Shown here one piece after another: positions 58,401 to 64,000 of a DNA stretch of 64,000 nucleotides. A program made the position numbers and the translations under genes. The DNA comes from the human T2T-CHM13v2.0 reference genome, Homo sapiens. The DNA is taken from the NCBI RefSeq assembly GCF_009914755.1, contig NC_060936.1; one strand, 5' to 3'. Numbering within the stretch: position 1 is the first letter of the stretch; the number at the start of each line of letters is the position of its first letter. The notes under the pieces are model-generated. The model did no database searches. It saw nothing but the letters and a program-made list of their open reading frames with translations, and had not been told where the DNA came from.

Positions 58401-61400
58401 TCAATTTTCACAAGATGTGGAACCAGTATATAAATAGATACCTAGATTAATCAAATAGACTACAAAGTGCAAAAATGTATCCACAAATATATGGAATGTA
58501 GAATAGTTCAAGAAAGATGTAAAGGCATTCAGTGGAGAAAGTATAATCTTTTTAACAAATGTTTAAACACTTGGCTATCAATATGCACACACAAAATATT
58601 TTGATCTATACCTCATACCACATACAAAATAAGCTCAACTTGTGCACAGCAAAAGAAACTTTAAGCTCCTATAAACAGACAACCTACAGAATGGGAAAAA
58701 TATTTGCAAACTATGCACTTGACAAAGGTCCAATATCCAGAATCTATGAGGAACAATTAAATAATCAAATAATAAATAATCCCATTAAAATAGGCAAAAG
58801 ACATAACAGACAATTCTCAAAAGAAGACATACAAGCGGCCAAAAAACACATGAAAAAAATATGAAACATAATTATCAGAGAAATGCAAATCAAAGCTGAA
58901 ATGAGATTCCATCTAACACCAGTCAGAAGGACTATTACTAAAATGTCAAAGACAACTGATGTTGGCAAGGCTTTGGAGAAAAGGGAACACTTACACACTG
59001 AAGGTATGAATGTAAATTAGTCCAGCCACTGAGGAAGGCAGTCCAGAGATTTCTCAGCGAACTTAGAACTACCATTTGATCCACCAATCTTACTACTGGG
59101 TATATCCCCCAAAAGACACATGCACTTGCGTGTTCATCACAGCATTCTTCATAATAGCAAAGACATGGAATCTCCCTAAATGCCCATCAAGGATAGGCTG
59201 GATGAAGACAATGTGGTACATACACACCATGAAATACTAGGCAGTCATAAAAAAAGAACAAGATTATGTCCTTTGCAGCAACATGGATGCAGTGGAAGGC
59301 CATTATTCTAAGCCAATTAACACAGAAACAGAAAACCAAATACTGCATGTTCTCACTTATAAGTGGAGCTAAATGATGAGAACACATGGGCACATAGAGG
59401 TAAATAACAGACACTGTGGCCTACCTGAGGGTAGAGGGTGGGGGAAGAAAGGGATCAGGAAAAGTAATTAATGGGTACTAGGATTCATACCTGGATGACA
59501 AAATAGTCTGTTCAACAAACCCGTGACACGAGTTTAACTATATAGCAAACCTGCATAGGTACTCCAGAGCTTAATATAAAAGTTAAGAAAAAGAGAGGTC
59601 AAGAATTGGAAGTGTTTAACTGAAATGAAATAATATAATATTACAGTCAATAAACATATTATATTTACACGTTTATACATACAATTGAAAATATAAATAA
59701 TTATTTTAAAATTTAACAAATACATATGGAATGATTTTGATTTGTTACAAAGTGCTTGTATTTAAAAATAGTAGTTTGCTGTCTTTATGAGATACTCATA
59801 AAAATACTCCTTTAACATAAACATAAAAAATATGAAGATGAAAAATGGAAAAAATATACCATGCAACACAAACTGGTAGAAAACCACTTTAATATACTGT
59901 AATAATATAAAACAGAAGTTGTTATTAAAAATGAAGAAGCATATTCATAGTGATATATTTATTATCTATACCATTAGTAATTTTAAAATAATTTGTATGT
60001 ACCTAATAATACACATTTAATATAAAGTTGAAAGAAATAAATGAGTAATTAATAAATTTAGGGATTTAGTCACTTCTCTTTCACATCTCATCACACAAAC
60101 AGATACATCACTGACTCTATACAGAGATTTAAACTAGACAATTAGCCAACACACCTGTGTATACACACACATATAAACTGTATACTAATTCGGAATACTA
60201 ATATTTTTAAGCTACACTGTATTTTCATAAACCTATGCATTTTAATATAAAATTTAGAAGTTTGCTATAAGTACAGTAGCATTAGCCAAAGTTGGCCAGT
60301 GGACAGTTAAAATGCACCAATTCAAGTTTAATATTAATTAATTAGAAGTAAATAACATTAAACATAAGTTTATTAGTCACACTAGCTATATTTACACAGA
60401 GATGAAGAACATTTCTAGCCTCACAGAAAATGTTCTAACTACAGTTTACTAACACAGAAGTCAATAATCAAAACTTTAGGAACTTTATATGGTTTTATAT
60501 TCAGTAATATAATTCTAAATAACCTAAGGGCCAAATAAATTATCACAATAAATGTTCACAATTTTTACATCAATTAAAAGGAAAATAGAGCAAAATATTT
60601 TCTTGGGAAAAATGGATTGCCTTAAATTCATATATTGCAACAAAATTGCAGATACTGAATTGTCTGAATAAAAACAGAAATATGAAATTAACTGAAATTA
60701 AATAGAAGTAAAGTGGTAGGAAGAAAACAATAAATAGTAAAAAATCATGACAAAGAGCAAAATTACAGTAGAGAAGATCAATGAGGCTGAAGATATTTTC
60801 ATTGAAAGGACTTAATAAAATTGATAAAAGACTTAAAGAATTTGAGAAGGCTCAAATAATTTTCTAGATTAAATAAGGGAAAACCATTATGGTTTTTACA
60901 GATATTAAACAGATAATGAAACCATATTATGAATACTTTTATATCTATATGAGATAGAAAATTCTTGAATATGCAAATTACCAAATTGCAATACAACAAA
61001 CAGAAATCTGAGTAACCTCTATAAATATAAACTTTGTAAATATGGATGAAATGTCTGTATGTGCTAAAGAAATTGACTTTCCTACATAAACTTTCCTACA
61101 AAAACATTCTACACACTCAGATGGCATCACTAATGAATAATTACATTTTAAAACAGTACCCTTACACAAAGTCTTCTAGGTTATAGAAAAAGAGAAATGC
61201 TTCCCAATATACCCTTAAGAGAAAAGGCTTTCATGTACATAGCTATAAATAAAAACACAGTATAATCTCCTGTGCATTAATAAATTTAAACAGGCAATAC
61301 AGAATGACCAGTATGGTTTTATTTCAGACTGGTTTAACATTTGAGAGAATTGAAATAGTTTACTTATTAAGATTATGCAGAGAAAACATGTATCATTCCA

Positions 61401-61980
61401 ACTGATGCCAAAATAATAAAAATGTTACAATTGATAACAAAATCTATTAGAAAAACAGGAATATGATAAAGCTGCTTCAATATGAGAAAGGTATAATAAA
61501 AACGAACACACTTTGTAAATATGGATGAAATGTTGCAATCTTTTTACCTAAAATAGGAACTGATACATATGATATACATATAACCTTTCTGTGCCTTCTA
61601 TTCAACATTCAAAATAAAACCTTAGCTAGTCCAGATTCAATGCAATCTGTATCAAAATGCCAGTGACATTCTTCACAGAAATAGCAAAAGCAATCCTCAA
61701 ATTTATATGGAACCACAAAACATCCAGTATAGCCAAAGCAATTCTGAGCAAAATATCAAAGCTGGAGGCATCACATTACCTGAATATACTACAAAGCTAC
61801 AGAAACCAAAACAGCATGGTGCTCATATTAAAACAGACATACAGACCAATGAATCCAGAAACAAATCCATTTGTTTACAGACAACTCACTTTTGACAAAG
61901 GTGCCAGGAACATACATTGGAAAAAAAAGATAGTCTCTTCAAAAATAATGCTGGGAAAACTGCATATCATAATATGAAAA
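55450..61980 (+). mobile_element. Cluster of old L1 fragments (L1M/L1MB/L1MC, and an L1PA13-16-like 3' end at ~58640-59590)
   Basis: Multiple ORF2 C-terminal and 3'UTR remnants (e.g. 58559..58864, 61657..61977). Confidence 0.75.
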
Positions 61981-61987
61981 CTGAATG

Positions 61988-62522
61988 AAGTAGTCCTTTC
62001 ATCTGCACAGTGGATATGTTCTAAGACCCCCAGTGGATGTCTGAAATCATAGATAGTACTGAACTGTATATATACTGTGTTTTATCTATACATACATACC
62101 TTTGATGAAGTTTAATTTATAAATTAGGCACGGTAAGAGATTAAAACAAACTAATAATAATGAAAAAGAACAATTATAACAATATGCCAGCATAAATACT
62201 CTTGCATTTTGGGGCCCTTATTAAGTAAACTAAGAGTGACTTGAACACAAGCGGTACCATACCACCTTAGTCAATCTCATAACTGCGACAGCTGAGTGAC
62301 TAATGGACAGGGAACTTAGGCTGTGCAGGTATCCTGGACGAAGCAATGATTCATGTCCCAGGTGAGATGGAGCCATACACTATATAAAGGATTTGATCAC
62401 ACTACTCAGAAGAGTGAACAATTTAAAACTCATGGATTTTCTCTTCCTAGAGTTTTCCTTTTAATATTTTTGGCCGTGGTTGAGCCTGGGTAACTAAAAC
62501 CACAGAAAATGTAATTGTGGAT
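61988..62522. mobile_element. MER44-like (Tigger family) DNA transposon fossil
   Basis: gttctaagacccccagtggatgtctgaaa...ggtaactaaaaccacagaaa matches the recalled MER44B consensus. Confidence 0.75.
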
Positions 62523-64000
62523 CATTCCTTAACATTTATATCAACATTTCACTAACTTTCAACATCTTTATTTATGGCTATAATTGCACTTAAATTTATT
62601 CATAATGTTATTCTGAACCTGTCCTTTTATATTCTTCTACTATATAGCATCATTCAAAAAACTTACTTCAATTTGAACGTTGAGCCATTTATTGACACCC
62701 ATGGATGATCACTGCTACTACGAGAGATGCCAACCCATGAGAGAACTGACAGGGAGCCCAGAAATTTCTAACGAAAAATAAAAAATTTTCATTTAAATAA
62801 TAACTATAAAAGATTTTACTAATTTTTAGGTGCTTTCTTTGAATTCTAAACTTTTATTAATTTTTAAAAGTGCAGGTAATACATTCTTTCAAAGGATGCT
62901 TAATTTTCAAAACAAAATAAATACCTTAAACAAAATAGTAAACTTGAAAACAACTTTTATAGTGTAAAAAGCTATTACAAATTTTTGTAATTTTGACTTA
63001 AAATGAACTCTTCAATTTTTATACTTAGTACATTCATTCTTCTTATTTTAACAAGCAAAATTGTGATTCATGTAATTTAACAGTTGCTTGTGTTGGTAAG
63101 ACAGACACAGTAAGAACTGAAATAAATTTCCTGATACTGTGCATGTATTTCTCCAGATATTCTGATTAAATAAATGTATTTTTCCACTATGTGTCTCATA
63201 GTGGAACTTTTCCTCCTTGAAGTTTAGAAGGAAATTGAAAGGTTGCCATTGAGGAAATAAATGACACAGCAGCCAAAAATTGGCTTTTCTGGGCACCACA
63301 CCACTCTCTAACTAGATAAGCCCTCACTTTTATCTGATTTGGTTTTGGTGGAATAACAATGGTCTTGACCAGGTACATGGACTCCTTTTTCTCTGCTACT
63401 CCCTAATAAATACAACTCTAAACTCTGCAAGTAATGAAAGACACACAGGAAAACTCTGAAAGGTGGAAAGAGGAAGGCAAAATAGTTTGGGACCCCAGAA
63501 TCAGGGATCAACAGAGTGTCCGGGCATCTTCAGTCCCCCACTCAGCAGAAGAAAGTGATCTAGTCCTCTGTTTCTCAGAACCAAATCTGGTAACAGGAGG
63601 TGGGTCAGCTAAGCCCATTCCCACTCTGTATTGAAAGGGAGTCCTGCCAGCAACATTAGGCAAGCCTGGTACCACTGGCAAGGATGACCTACCAGGAGGC
63701 CTGCTACCAGTTAGGAGCTAGAGGAAGTGCTTCTCCTCCCAAACCAAAAGACATCAGGGTAGGTGCGGTGAGAGGGATCAGCAAAGGAACCGCATGACTA
63801 CACGTGCCCATCCAGGTTCCTCTTTGTTCCTGAGGGCACGAGACTCACTTCCCCATCCAGAGACACAGGACTGAACAGATTGTAAATGTTCTATGCACAT
63901 CATGCAGCAATGAAAAGCAACAAACAACAGCTAACTGCATTATTGCACAAATATCATATAGGAGTAAAAGAAGACACACATGAAAATACACATTGTATGA

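Noticed and set aside
63000-64000. Possible KLRC4 (NKG2F) exons at the window end
   Set aside because: No NKG2F-like coding sequence was recognised. The gene probably lies just beyond the window.

Overview
Human (or very close primate) genomic DNA from the NK gene complex, which is 12p13 in human. The window holds the complete KLRK1 (NKG2D) gene on the minus strand: a non-coding exon at ~46.8 kb plus 7 coding exons from 45627 down to 29935. All junctions are GT-AG and give 651 nt = 216 aa + stop. The rest is dense retroelement sequence. It includes a spliced, TSD-flanked L1PA3-like element (SpIRE 97/622 junction), two older L1s with large internal deletions (one filled by a poly(A)-tailed mRNA fragment), and a twin-primed L1 3' end. 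It also includes a 10.1-kb LTR10/HERV-I-type provirus with a 5.1-kb LTR15-type provirus nested inside it, both within the MaLR element that supplies the KLRK1 3'UTR. Further elements are several solo LTRs (including a deleted HERV-K LTR5), Alus, a truncated U2 retrocopy and DNA-transposon fossils. I see no prokaryote-type system such as CRISPR. The best candidates for something under-described are the nested-provirus/antisense-promoter architecture at the KLRK1 3' end and the unusual L1 rearrangements. Repeat subfamily names are from recall of consensus sequences, and boundaries of old repeats are approximate.
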